Positions 11,928 to 26,000 of a stretch of DNA of 64,000 nt are shown one piece after another. Positions within the stretch are counted from its first letter, which is position 1. Every line of letters starts with the position of its first letter. This DNA is from Pelomyxa schiedti (Eukaryota > Protista > Evosea). The translations under genes were made by a program, and so were the position numbers. The notes under the pieces are model-generated. The model was given only the letters and a program-made list of their open reading frames with translations, did not search any database and was not told the DNA's origin. The stretch covers positions 1 to 64,000 of the forward strand of contig JAHLWZ010000676.1 in the NCBI GenBank assembly GCA_020536535.1, read 5' to 3'.

Positions 11928-13750
11928 TCACGGGTGCTGTTGGGCATCTGTTGCACTGGGTCCTGCTGTGGGTGGTGATGCTGCATCTGTGGGAGTTTCT
12001 GGTGGTGGAGGTGGAGGCAGTAACAACTGTTCCATGGTTTGGAGGGTGGCTTTTGCCCGGTTGTCATAAGGGGCTGCTGCTTTGAGCCAGAAGAGTGATT
12101 CCTCTAAGTTGACAGGTACACCAGGTCTCCCGGTTCTTAGGATATCAACAAGGTTGATTTGTGCCCCTATGTGGTCCTGGTTTGCAATGCATCGGAAAAG
12201 CTCCACTGCTTTCACAGGGTCTGGTGCCAGAGGGCCGGAACCCTTGTAGTAACTCCAAGCAAGGTTGTAGGTGCCTTGCACACTTCCCAATTTCGCAGAG
12301 AGATCAAAGAAAGAAATAGCCTTGTCCTTATCCTTGGGAAGCTAGGCTCAAGTTAATACAATGGAAGGTGAATCTCGAAAGATACCCCAGAACCAGTAAG
12401 GTAACTGAAACCCAGATTATTCACAGCAGCTGCGTGTATCATTTGTGCAGCTCGGACAAAGAGGATAACTCCCTTCGAAGTGTCCTAGAGTGTCGTGTTA
12501 GTTAGATTATCGGCAAAGAGAAGAACCTTTTCACAGGAATCTCCATCGCAATAGCAATTTCCAAGGCAATTCATGGACATTGGACAAATATCAATTGCTG
12601 TACTCCACAACTTTGGTGCAAGTTCAGGCTCTCCCCTTACAAAATAATGCCAAGAGCCCAGTAGAAAATTTCTGGCTTTCCATAAAAGAATTCCAGGTGT
12701 AAGTGTTTCACAATGTGTGGTCAATCCTTCATTTAAAGGTTTTTCCTCAATGTTGCTCTCAGAGCAAAGATTAGAGGTAGAGGCACCATTTTGCGGGTGG
12801 TCAGTTACATCAGTTTCAGATGAATTGTTTTCAGAAACATGGGTTTCCAAGTTTTGGCATAAACTGGATACAATCTGTTCTACAGTTTTATTCACAATCT
12901 CTGAATAGCCATTTGTGCCAACAATGTTTAGGCAACTATTCGTGCTAGACTTGTTCATAAGAGAATTGTCTATGCTGATGCCAATGTGCCGATCATTTCG
13001 CTCTTCCTCCAAAGTGGAAAAGAAGTAAGAAACCGCCAATGCATGGTGGTATTGACACTGACTGGCTTCTTTAGCACGCCGTATCAAGGAGACAGCTGAA
13101 GGGACTGTTGGTTGCCCGAGGAGAGGTCTGACTTTTTTTTTACTGCTACATAGAAGACGGAAGGGCCTTACAAACCTCCATAAGCGAAATCCACGCAACC
13201 CAACTAAGGCAGGGATATAGTAAGGATCCTCAAGCAATGCCTGCTTGAACAGTCTTAGACCTTCCTCATATCTTCCTCTGTATATAGCTAGCATGGCTCT
13301 ATCAGTCAGAATATCACCTCAGGGAGTGTTGGTAGCCGACAAAGAGAGACAGGAGAAAGGATACAGGGCATGCATAAAGAAGCTATATCCCGTACAATGG
13401 ACTGAGGAAGCAATCCAAAAGTGCCGTTGGGTCCATTCTCTGCATGTGTGGACAGTTGCCAGTGAGATATAGAGACAGAGTGCATAGGGAATAAATGAGT
13501 GACCCAAGAGGAGTTGAATTGTGTGGTTGGGTTTCTTTTCGTTTTCTTACCAATCGCCTTCCACCAGCCGTAAACGAAACACAGACAAGAAGATCTCCAT
13601 TCCTTCGAGTCCACGAAATGTGCATGCGAGCTCAACGAACGTAAAGGGCAAACGCACGTATCGCGTGGAGGAACCGGTCGCAGAACTAGCGGAAATGGAG
13701 ATCCTGACTTGTGTAGTTGAGTGACTAAACACACAGTGCGTACGCGTCAT
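11928..13750 (-). CDS. SEL1/TPR-repeat protein with an F-box-like N-terminal header
   Basis: GTYNLAWSYYKGSGPLAPDPVKAVELFR, AQINLVDILRTGRPGVPVNLEESLFWLKAAA, SMNCLGNCYCDGD; header FGLLPQSIVRDIASLC; 5' exons inferred from GT-AG sites. Confidence 0.75.
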
Positions 13751-13945
13751 TCGAGTTTGTTTTGTTTAAAAAGTGCATGTGTCTACTCTCGAGTCGTCGT
13801 CGGTCATGGCGTGATGGGTTGTCCGGGCAATTAATACGAAAAAAAATAGAAAGATGAAAGAGAGGAGAACTTGGGTTTGTTTTCTTGTTTTTATCCGTTT
13901 GACACATTGACAGCCGCAGTGGTGACAGAAAAGATCGGTTTTACG

Positions 13946-15718
13946 ATGTCGCTGACGGTTGTTGTGCCACCGGAAGATCTGCTCAGTACTTGTCGTTGTA
14001 AGGCCAATTCGGCTGCTGTTAGAATGCACGCTGCCATTCGTTTGTTGGTCGAACGTAAGAGAGAGGAGTTGGAAATTAAAGATCTGCTTGTGGTACCTTC
14101 CTTCCTTCACCTTTGCGCTGGTGCGTTCTCACAGTGGTACAGAAACAACTCGAAGCGGCATCTCCTTATGACTTTATGCCCAAAGTGCTCGGCGATACTC
14201 ACTCAAAGCTGATGGTGCTCTCCCTCAAAGTGACTTTAATCCCTCAGACGAGAATCTCGCCATTGCAACCGCCCTCATGGAGGGTGAATTGAATGAACCT
14301 CTGTTCTGTGATCTGCAGTATTTGTCAGGTCTGTCATTAGAGACAAGCAATTACATTGGCCACTTTATACAAAGCCTTGCAAGAGCATCACTCCAGAGAA
14401 TTTGGAAAAGCTGGAACTTGAACAACCCGCTGGTTGAAAATATTAGACGAGGGAACGTAGGGGTTCTACGGGCAATGCTACATCTTGGAGTGCATCTGTA
14501 CGTTGACCGTGGGGAACCCTTCTCATCACCACTTCATATCGCCACCGAGGTTGGAAATCTGGAGATAGTTCAACTTCTCTTAAAATCTGGTCTGCACAGA
14601 ACCAGGATATGCACTTGCCTAACGGTAAAAAGGGGCCGATATTCACATGAAACCTTGGACATCCGCACCATCCAGTATGAGTGAGCCAGTTTTCGGAGAG
14701 TCTCCCACACCCAACAACACATGCGATACCTTCATTCGGCAGCAGTTATTCAAGGAGAATGTGGAAAAGCAACTTACTTGCAGTGAAATTGTGCCACTTT
14801 TTGTTCTCGCAACAAAAAAGTTGAAAACCCTCGTTTCTCTGTCAGACTTACTTGGCGGTGTACCTGAAATAATGCACAGCCAGGTAAACAGACCCAAAAG
14901 TGAACCTAACACACCTTGTAACAGATAAAGCAAGCTTGGGACAAAGAACCATATACTCTGAAACAGCGTGAGGAGATCCATTTTTCTCTTGCCATGAAAT
15001 ATCTCACTGGAAATGGTGTGGAGAAAAATATCACGGAAGCTACTCGATGGTTCATCGAAGCAGCAAAGATGTACAATAATCTATTGCGAGATATGGGGCC
15101 AGATCAAGAAAACGAGGACAAATACATCCGCTACAAGTATGCATTCCAAGCCTTGGCCGTGATTGGCCCCAAAGAGGTGCAATGTTCCCCAAAGTTGTTA
15201 TGGCTTACTCCTTCTGATGGTAGGCATCAAATTTCATCCCTGCTTTGGAAGAATCTCATTGCCAATATCTTTTACGATGCAAAAAAATTCAAGAGAGGCA
15301 AGAATTCCACAGCAAATCCAAAGAACTTCAGAATTTGATTACGTCCAGTCTTTTGCACCTTACTGTGGAAGCACTGCCAAAATCGCTTTTCTCAGGTGGA
15401 GGATTAGAGAAAGTCCCCCCACAATTACGAGAAAAAGTAAGTCATCATATTTCCTGTCTTGGACAATAACAACAACAGATCTTTAAAATCCGCATCTTCG
15501 AGCGTAAGAGCGTCAAAATTCGGAAGTTGCAGTTATGTGAGGAACTAGCAGACATGTATGCCAAAGGGAAGGGGGTCACAGAAGATCACGCCAAAGCAGC
15601 CAAATTTCTCCTGTGGGCTAGTAAAATATCTCTCCAGCTCTACCCTGATGACTGCGACAAATTGGACACATTCAAATCAAAAATTGAAGACTTATCGAAA
15701 ACATCCCCAGAGGTATAG
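13946..15718 (+). CDS. Ankyrin-repeat plus SEL1-repeat protein (multi-exon)
   Basis: SPLHIATEVGNLEIVQLLLKSG (ankyrin); LAMKYLTGNGVEKNITEATRWFIEAA and LADMYAKGKGVTEDHAKAAKFL (SEL1). Confidence 0.8.
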
Positions 15719-15801
15719 ATATCATTTCCGCTAAAAACTCTGTACAAACATAATGACAAACTACTACAAAAAAAAAGTGTACAGAGTCATACTCTCAGTT
15801 T

Positions 15802-16164
15802 ATGGCGTTGTGGCAGAACTTTGATACGGCCAGAATAAGCAAGGCCGTGGAAGAACTCCAGCGGTCACCAGTTTGTTGGTATTACCAGCACGGCACATGC
15901 CACTTTGGGGGTCGTTGCACGAACTTTCACGTGCCTCCATACGTACCACCCGAAATCGTGGCGCAGTACACCAAGACAACAAAAACCATAGTCCCTCGAG
16001 ACCCGGCTGCGCCACCTGTAAAAGTCACCCACAAAATAGCCCCCCGCACCATCGTAACACAAGGCAATCACCACGTCACCATTGTGCGTCACCCGACCAA
16101 CAATCAGCGTGGCACAAGACACCACACCCCACCAACTATCGACACGTGGACCGAACGGCACTAG
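15802..16164 (+). CDS. Small CCCH zinc-finger protein
   Basis: 120-aa ATG ORF with CWYYQHGTCHFGGRCTNFH (C-x7-C-x5-C-x3-H). Confidence 0.7.
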   Translation: MALWQNFDTARISKAVEELQRSPVCWYYQHGTCHFGGRCTNFHVPPYVPPEIVAQYTKTTKTIVPRDPAAPPVKVTHKIAPRTIVTQGNHHVTIVRHPTNNQRGTRHHTPPTIDTWTERH

Positions 16165-16590
16165 GCAACGACTCCCCATGTTCCCCAAAAAACCGTACCG
16201 TAGGTCGTCGCTTCTCGCCCGTCACTACTAGTAGTTCAAAAAGAAAAAAAAAATTGTTTTTCGTGAAACCAGTAAGGCACAAGGGGGTGTTGCTGGACTC
16301 TTCAGCATCTTGCTGGCTCTTGTAGCTGACATGTCTTCACAAGCTAAGTAAATGTGAAAATCAGTGTTTTCAGTATTTCCCCCAGTGTTGGATTCTAACA
16401 GCACCGATTTTCACATCACAAGCCATGTTGATCATCTAAAGTTCTATTTCTATCCGTTAGGGGGTGTGCCGAACAGAAGCCATACAGAAAAACTTTGTTT
16501 TAATCAACTTACAGGTGGTGTGGTGGTGTGTTACCGCGATGATGCCCCTGTGTGTGGTGTGCTTTGTTGTGTTGCGTCAAGGGTCGTAAG

Positions 16591-19500
16591 TCACAGACCA
16601 CCAACCGAGGACAGAACCGCGCTCCTGGGATATGAAATACCAGTGTGGTGGGGTGTTGCGCCAAAAAACTGGGGTTGTTGTTGTTGTTGTTGTTGTGCAT
16701 GGGCTCGTGTGGAACTACCCCCCACAAGCCAGCTCGGTGCTGTTGTTGATGACACTGTGGTTGTCGACGAAGGTGGTGCCAAAATTGGTGGTGTGGTGGT
16801 TGAAGCAGCTGGCTGCCTCGTTGGGATAGCAGAAGGAACTACCACGGGACGAAAAGATGGGGGCGTAGTAGGAGTTGTTGTGCTTGTTGTGGTTGTTTCC
16901 TGTGGGCTCCAAAATGGAGCCACACGCGGCTTCTTACTGTTGTTGTTGTTCGATTCTATCTGCACAACTGACTGGGGCGGTGGTCTCTTGGCTGTTGTCG
17001 GACTGTGTTCCAGCCAGCTGTGAGAAAAGTGTAAGAAACGAGGAACTTACCACCTGTGTTTGTTTTAGTTGCACACACCTGGGAATTGGTCTTTTGGGTT
17101 TTGCAGTTACACAAGCTGAGGCTGTGGTTGTGGGTGGAGCAGGAGCCAGGGGGAGTGCTGAACACAAAAAGAGAAGAGAAAACACAAAAGTTAGGAACAG
17201 ACAGGGCTGTTGTGAAAGGTATTTGGCAGCTGATGCGTTTGTGCAAAAAAAAAAAACTACTAATATCCTGTAAAAAACCTTGTGGTTTTGTGAAGTTTGA
17301 CAATTGACCAGTAGTATTTGTATTCACACATATCTCAGCTGATTTTGTCACTGGAATGTAGCTATGATGTCCAGCTTGGAGATAATGTTCGAGTTCCATT
17401 TGCAAGCAATTCAGAGCCTCAGTGCGCGCTTGTTGAGATGAATTCACAACTGGATTGCGTTGTTGCAGTTGTGGTTGCGCCGGTGCTTGCGGTTGTTGTT
17501 GCAATTGTGTGTAAGGTGGTTGGGGACGGGTGATTGCCGCTTGGTAAGGGAAGGGCAAAGGAGTAGGTGAGACAGGTGTAACTTGTTGTGGATACGGCAT
17601 GGTGGGAACTGCCACCGGTAACGGCTGATATTGAACAGAGTTGGGAAATGGAGTAGGTTGTAGCGGTGTTTGTGTGGACAGTGGGGTTGCTTGGAAATGT
17701 GACAAAGATGGCTGATCATTTGATAGTGGTTGCCGATTCAAAACAGTTTGAAGCGATATATTTTCTTGCACTGGTATGGATTGTACAGAACTTTCCACCT
17801 TGACAACTACAGGTGTGTTGCTAGGTTGAACTGATGGAGAAGAAACAAGGGGAAGTTGAGTGCCTGTGACAACTGGCAGAACCACAACCTGTGGTGGTGA
17901 TTCGACTTTTGGTTGTTCAGCTGGGGGTTTCACATCTTCAATTTTGACAACTGGAACAGCTATGGTTAACTTCTGTTCAGTTTCTGATTGAGGTGGTGTT
18001 GTTAGTATTTGCACAGGGGACTTGAGCGGCACAGGCTCGGTTGGTGAGTGAGGTGGGGAAGAGTGTGTAACGGGTTGTGCTGTGGGTTGTTGAATTGTGG
18101 GAGACTGTGGTGGGGATTGTGGTGGCGGAGACTGTGAGGGTGGGGATTGAGGAGGTGTTGATTGGGGAGGTGAACGCGGACTCCCACGAGAGGACGCAGG
18201 TGGGGAGGGTTTCTTTTCATCTTCCGCCTTTGTGTCCTCAACGATCGGGTAGGAAGGGATTGCATCTGACAAGTCCTGTCTACGTTTTTCCCGTACTTCA
18301 CGTTCGTGGGTGCGGGCAGCTTCTGCTTCAGATTTGGATGTTTTAACCTTCCTGTCTTCAGCAGCAACATGTTGCTGCACAAGTTTATGCTTTCGTTCAT
18401 CCACAACCTTGCGCATTACTTGATTTGGAACAACTTCATTGGCAGTGATGGCCTTGTGACAAAGTGGGCACTGAAAGTTGGAGTTGATTAAATGGTCCCA
18501 AGCACCTGACTCGAATGTTAATTCCGAAGGAAATAATTGCTGGAAAGTTTTGTTTTAAGGAATTACATTTATCACATAGACTCTCCTGGCAACAAGAAAG
18601 AAGTACAGCATCCTCAAGAAGTTTTTTACACAGGGGACACTTCAGACTTTCTTCTACTTGAACAGCAAGTTCACTGCTGGAGGGAACTAAAGTGCTAACC
18701 ACAGCTTGAAATTTCTGCCTATGTGAAAGCCTTAGTTGCGTTTTTTTTGGTCATTTGGAAGGAAAGTAACTCATTGGGTTTGATAGCAAATTGTCCAGTT
18801 TCGTATTCAACTTGCTAGTATACCATTAAACCCTTTCTCAGAGAGGTTGGGGTAGTTACCTTGACTAGGAGATTAACTGGTATGCCACGGAATGTCAACC
18901 TTTTGGGCTTATCTATAGAATATGTAAGAAGAGAGTTTAAACAGCTGTAACCAACCATATCGGGGGTCACCATTGGTTGCACAATGCTGAATGAAGTGAC
19001 CTGGCATGTGGCATCTATTGCAAACTACAAATATTTAGAAGAAAGAAAAAATAGTAGAAGGCATACTGTAGCCTTCAGGTGGAATGGCACGTTGAAATTT
19101 CCCTCCCCGGACAGGTGCCCTCCTACCACAATTAGTCTTTGGAGAAAGTGGTAATAGTATGACTTACTTCTCAGGAAGTACGGAGTCAATGGGAACGTGG
19201 ATGACTGCATCAATTTTCTGGTCCTCAGAAGAGGACGAAGTGTTAAGAACGTCCAGAGATATCGCGGTGGGGGCTGGAGACACTGTCATAGGTTGCGTAA
19301 CACTACAAATGGTTAAATAAGTATGAATTATGCAAGGCATTAATAAATACCTTTGTGGGGGTCTCCTGTGTCGTTGGCCTGGAGGTAAAGGTACGCGAAC
19401 TACGATTACAGAAGAGTTCTTCGGGATCAATTGGCCGTCCGCGTCGTACTCTAAGCAAGGGTGTGAACAGGGAAAAAAAAAGGGGAAAAAAACCTTCGTT

Positions 19501-19721
19501 CGTCTGCGCATTAAGAACTTTCAAATCGAAGTCACACGAACCATCCGCAGACGTGGACAAGTTCTTTTGTTTCACAATCGCGCTCTTAAGATCGGACACG
19601 GAAATAAAGCATCCCTGAAATCGCACCACCTCGAAGTCTTTCCAACTCTGCAAAGGAATTAACACCGTAACACACTCCTGCGTGCACAAACCTTAAACTT
19701 GAACCGCACGAAGTCCGTCAT
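16591..19721 (-). CDS. RBBP6: RBBP6/Mpe1-like protein (DWNN ubiquitin-like domain, zinc knuckle, RING, Pro-rich tail); 3' end approximate
   Basis: MTDFVRFKFK/SWKDFEVVRFQGCFISVSDLKSAIVKQKNL...FDLKVLNAQTNE/YDADGQLIPKNSSVIVVRVP (DWNN); CNRCHMPGHFIQHC (zinc knuckle); CPLCKKLLEDAVLLSCCQESLCDKC (RING). Confidence 0.9.
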
Positions 19722-20007
19722 CTCTGCCGGTTGTGATGTTTTTTGTTATTACTGTTTGTTGTGTTTTTTTTTTTTTCCTCTTTTAAAAATAGGTCAGGTG
19801 ATTTCCTTTCACGTTTGGCTAAGTCTAACCTGTCACAGATTTTTCCCGCTCGGAATGAATTCCCTGCAACCAATTTGTGTGCCACAAACAGGACGATACA
19901 CGCGAACGGGGTAGTCACAACACCAAAAACGAAACTGAAGGGGAAACTTTCATTGGAATCTGTTAACAGTTACAATTACACAGGCCAGAGGAAGTGTCCA
20001 GAGCTTC

Positions 20008-23000
20008 TCAATGATGGTGGTGGTGCTCCCCCTTGGACTTTTGTGCTTCCAGAGCTTCATGAATAGCCAAGGCTGCAGATTTGTAGTACTCCTCAGGGAC
20101 TTGAGTGGCCTCTATATCTCCTGTTACATCTGACCCGATTTCCTCATAAAACCTTTGGCGGGAATAAGTTTCTTTAGGAATTCGTTAGGGCCGGAACGAT
20201 TACTTGTTCATCTTTGACGTGTTGTCCTGCAACCAGTCATTGAATTTCATCATAAACTCCTCCTTCTTCCCGAATTCCACTCCATTCGCGAGATTCTGCA
20301 GCATTTTGGTTATAATTACAATCTGCCGGCGAATGATCTCAGGTGGCGGCGAAGGCAATAATCCGTAGCTAAGTTGGTGTCAGGGTTTTCAGAAAGCATT
20401 GAATCATGTTACCTTTCTGGAACAGATATTGCAGTGTTATAGAATCTAAGAAATATGAAGGCCCCAAGTGATTGTCTCACGTACGTCGGTGCCTTCCCTT
20501 CTACCTGCACTCAATTATTACAACTTTTGAGAATTGGAAGTTTGAATTACTTCTTTTCGTATATGGTAGCATATTTTTCGCAGTGAAACTGGCAAGCCGC
20601 TTGCTGATCTGGTTATTTGGATGAAAAACTTTGTGCACATCAGTCTGACACCAATGGCATTCAGATCCTCATCAACATCGTCATCCATTTTATTTGGATT
20701 GACCTGGGGACTTTGAGGGTTTCGTTGGATAATACGTACTTATTTACCTCGTACGTTGTGGTGACCAGGGACACAGACCCTGCATTTGTTTCCTGAAACC
20801 AATGAGTTGATAACTTTGCTACTAAGGGCAGAAGAGCTTACGTTTTGATCAGCGGCCTCCTGTAAAATGTTTTCAAACAGTACAGCCAGAGCCTGGAATA
20901 GATACTGAAGTCCCACCATCTTGGAATAGAACTAATTGAAAGTAAGGAAAGGAAAGGAAAGGTAAAAAAAAAAAGCTCCTACTTTGAAAGCTTTGGTTGC
21001 AGCACTATTTGAGCGAAACATGACAGAGGCATCTGTTGCCTCGCACACTTCTTTCGAAATCAAGTGCATAATCTAACTGAATGAGTGAGAGTGAATTGTA
21101 AAAGCCACTCAACCAGTTGAGCCCCAGCTCCATGGCGTTCAAAGAAATACACCAATGCTTTACAAACAGTCTCGGATTCCGTCACATCCATTGATTGAAT
21201 GACTTGGTCAACAGTTGTCCAGGACTGATTATCGACTTCAAGCAACTTTTTTTCGGTAAATAAAATGGGGGAAAAAAAGGAAATTTACTAGGCGCTCTTC
21301 CAGAATCTTTTTGTCTTCCTCCGAGATCGATGAGCCCTGTGTTTTCACATCGGAAAATCTGACCAGGAATATTAAAAAAAAAACTGGGAGAGAAACAGCA
21401 TACTGATGCTTGACAAGCTCAGAGTAATGTAAACGAAGTCTAGCATTTTTGCGTCTCCTAACGACAACAAAAGCTAGCAAAGCGAAAAATGGAATTCCAA
21501 TAAAAGGTACTGCGAGTAGTGCAAGTAGACCAAGAAGGGATGCATGGGTATCATCTGCCACGTTTTAAGTTAGACATTTGTATGGATGGAGGAATTTTGT
21601 CATACTTGATTCACTATCTTCAGTGTCGCATGTAGAACCGTGCCAATGTGCCCAGCAGTTACAAAATGCTATTCCACTGGCATTTGTAGTACAAGTTCCG
21701 TGAGCACAGTACACCAAAAAGCAGGGACTTGAAGAATGTGAGAAATTAGGTTTTTGGTGGGGTGGGACAACTCGTGAGCTGTCTGGAAAAAGCTCATTGC
21801 TGTTTTAACAACTTCCCAGCCATTTGTCATGGATAAAAACCACGAATAATTCGTATCAGATAGGAGCTGTAATGCGGTGGAAGTGGAGTCACTGGTAAGA
21901 GTGACATTTGATACTTCTTTCCAAACTGTGATATTTGTATTGTTACTGGCTTGCTCTTTTTATTTGTTAGAAATCTCAGTTCCAAAGAGAAGGCTAACCC
22001 ACCAGCCAGTAGAATAAACTGGAAGTGATTATCATATGTTTTACTAGGGCACACATGACCCCAGGTGGAGACAGCACCCCATCGAAAGACAACATTTTCT
22101 TTATATGTGACATTGGAAGTATTCAGTGGGAACAACAAATCAGGGGCCACAGGGGACCAGTCATAACAGCATAAAAACCTCAAATAGTCCGTTGTAGACT
22201 GGATTTGATCCTGCGGAGCATTAATAGGAGATCTCAAAAAAAAGGAAATAAATTCTACTTTGTTTGTTACTCGAACTCTCCAGTAGTACCTTCAGTTATA
22301 GTTACCAGAGAAGGCAACAATATAGGGAAGCACTTACGTTTGGTCCAATGTCCAGTCCGATGAATTGAAGGATAATGTTGAATCTTCCCCATCATGTTGA
22401 TTTATAACATCGGTAGGTGTTGAGGGCCACTCATTTGTTTTTGTTGAAAAAAATAAGGAATATGTTCTATCAGCAAGATCTTTGCATTCTGTACCCCAAT
22501 CGTCCAGTGAAGTAATTTGGAGTCGCTCTTCTGGCCGTATTATCATGCCATCAATTGGATACTTTAATGGTGGATATCCGGGTTTGGTGGAAATGCAAAC
22601 TATTGCTGTAAGTTAGCTCACAAGGAGAAAAAAATATATATATACTGGTAAAATTTGAATGGATGGACTCAGAAGATTCCAAGTCGCCATTTGATGAATA
22701 TGCCCACCATTCATAAGTACCCTCATCGAGAGATAGGGCGAGCTGATCAGAGGAGGTTGTAGAGGAAATAGAGGAAGAACTACTTCCCACTTTGATAACC
22801 CAAATTGACACCTCATTACTTTGTTCCTCAAAGCAACTTTGCCCATAACCTGCCATGGTCCAGTTGAACACTACAGATAATTGAGAGAGACTTGCTCCTG
22901 GAGGAGGGTAATCCAGTACAGGTACTGCAGGAGAACTAGCCAGACACAAAGTAAAAGTACGACTAGAAGAGAAGACCTGCACTTGAGGTTATCCTTTTTC

Positions 23001-26000
23001 CCAGGCACGTTTATGATCTTACATTCACTTCGGTGTTATTAACACCTATTTTCCAGTTCCAGACGCCAGGGTAAAGTGGAAGGTCAGTAATACGGTAACT
23101 ATGAACAATTAGTCTCATCTTAGCTATACACAGTGCCAACCTGGTTCCAGTAGTGACCACAGTGAAACTTTGCGTACTGTTCCAAACATAGAGTGATGCT
23201 ATGCAGGTTTTGGCGTAAGGGCAGGTGGTTCCACAATCGATGGGACTCCACTTAACGTAGAGAGGTTTTTTAAAGTCCTCCACTTCGTTATCAGGGGGCT
23301 CCTGGAGCAAAGGTGGAACTGGATCCTTTCTTATACACACAGTGAATGAACTTAGAGCAAATGGGGTGTAAGTGGCGCCATTGAAGTACCGCAATTCCCA
23401 CTGATAGACAATGGGGAGTGGGGGAAAAGCAGTTTCTGGAGAGTAAGAGGAAGTATTTGTATCATTGAACACTTCTTCAATATAATTAAGGCCAGTGGAA
23501 GTGTCAATAACAGAAAACTCAATAAAAGAAGCCGCTTGCGCCTTGCAGTTATCACCCAAAGGGGGAGCACTCCAATGGAAAATGATTTCATCATTTGCAA
23601 CTGTAGATCCAAGAGAAGGTGAAGTCAAAGATGGTGCCACCAGCAAGTCGTCAGGTACACAATATGTAAAAGTAGTCGAGAGGGATTGGGAACACTTGTT
23701 CAATGTACAGGCAGAAACTGAGACTGAGTTCAGAACTCCCTTCACTACGAAGGCAGAGAAACTCGTTTGCGTGACAGGATAGGTATAGGGTTGTGTATTA
23801 AAAATCACAGTGTAGGTCTGAAGTTGGTTGCATGTAGTTCCCCAGGTTACAGGTTCTACCCATTTGACTGGAACTGTTGAAGAGCCTGTTACCTGGCCAG
23901 TTGGGGTAATGTTGCGAGGGACATCTGGTGAAGTTACCAAACAGATGGTAAATGTCCGCTCCTCAGATACAGATCCTAGCAAACCATTCCAGGCTGTAAC
24001 CCTCCACCACCATTGTCCAGGAGTAAAGGTGTCGACCAAAGATTTCGAGGAAGTAATACTTTGGTTCCACGGCAATGAAATGCTACTTCGGACTTCCACT
24101 ATAAACAATCTCAAAGTAGTTCCGTTGCAGACTTTGCCAAAGGATTTGTAATTTTTGCCCCATTCCAGGGTTATCTCAGCGGTGAGAAAGGAACTATTAG
24201 AAGCCGGTGTACTCAGTAAAGGAACGTCAGGATACGTATTGTTGCAGGTGACTGTCGGTGTAGTAGTGTTAACAGTTACAGTCTTATTTACAACTACTGT
24301 CTGGTTAACTGTAATAGTGCTATTCACAGTGACTGTTGTGTTCACTGGTAATGTGGTATTTATCTGTTTGGTAGTATTGACTGACTTCGTAACGTTAACG
24401 GCAAGGGTTGTGTTGATAGTGCAGTTGGCGGAGATAACTTGACCAGAGGCGCAATAAGCATATGTTGTGGCACCATCAGAACAATTGACAGATACAGTGC
24501 CGTTGACAGTACAATTGACAAGAACAGTTTCGTTTACTACAGCTACAGTAATATTTTCCGTTACAGTGATATTTTCTATGACCGTAGTGTTGATAGTGAC
24601 TGTTGTGTTTATGAGCTTTGTGGTATTCACAGAGATAGTTGTATTCACAGAGATAGTAGAGTTGACTGAGACTGTACTATTAACACTAGTGACAGTGGAA
24701 CTTGGTGCATGATATTCTATGCTTCCAATTCCCAGAGTGCTACTTTCTTGATTATCTGCAAGTACGTACCACCATGAGACCCCTTCTGTGAGGTTAAGAG
24801 TGAGATTTCCTTTCATTCCAGCATCGCGTGCCACTATAGTTTCATTGAATACCACAGTAATATTACAGAGTTGTGTCGCCAAGCATGATTCTCCACATGA
24901 TGGGACTTCCCAGTAAATAGTGATTGTGTAATTTTCTGCAAGGTAGGGAGATCCGGTAGGGGTCAGGGAAGGCTCGTCGGGTGCAGCTAATACACACATC
25001 CCCAAGCTCTGAATTTCAGAAACTGGATTGAGCATACTATTGTGTACTTCTAGTGCCCAATAGAGCATTGAAGCAGTTTTATCAACAACTGCTGGTATAA
25101 AGGTGGTGGAATTTAGATCGGGTATTGACTCCCAGTTGACTGCATCCGAAAATGATGTTATATTGTGTGAGTACCAAATCAATAAAGCTGGTTGATCACG
25201 CTCGCAGTTGAAGCCGTAAGATATTTTCTCCCAAGAAAAACTAGTTACTCCGAACACAAACTTTTCTCCTGTGAGTGGTGATAGTAGCACAGGATCGGCC
25301 TCGGGCGCTGAAATGCAGACATCAAATGTGTTCTTTGTTGTGCTATTTTGCTGTTTTGCGGTGTTGTCTGCCACAACGTTCCAATAGTGGTGACCTGCCC
25401 CGACATTGACACTAATCCATGAACTTGGAGTTGTTCCCACTGCTGTACCATCAAGGTATACAGTATAAAAGCCATCTTCCAATTTGTTGTTAGTTATTTT
25501 TTTTTGTTTTCAGTGGAGAAGATGGTTATGTGAGCATTACCTGTGCCAGGGCAGCTTGTCCCCATGCTGGTTGTTTGAGTCCAAGTTAAATTTACCGTAA
25601 GAAGGGACACGTTGAGCAGTGGAAATAGAACCCCAGACAATGGAGATACTAACGGGAATGGCCAAGGTGATGTTGGTGTACAGTATGTGAAGTTCCAATT
25701 GGCTGATTGAGAAGTGTATGCGGTATTACTGGCTACAATATACCAGTTGTAATTTCCATCCCCGAGCGTGACATTGTGATTGTACCAGGGTACCCGAATA
25801 TTTGTGGCTATGCGAGTGGGAGATGCTGGTTGCAAGCCAAGGAACACATCAAACCACTGATCAGCTGGATAATATACATTGAAACCTGGAATTGCCAATT
25901 TGTGAACTTGGTAGTGAACAACATTGCTCCTACCTGACTGTTTGCAGAGGGACCAGTGCGTAGTGGTACAAACATCCGTTGACCATCCTGAAGAAGTTGC

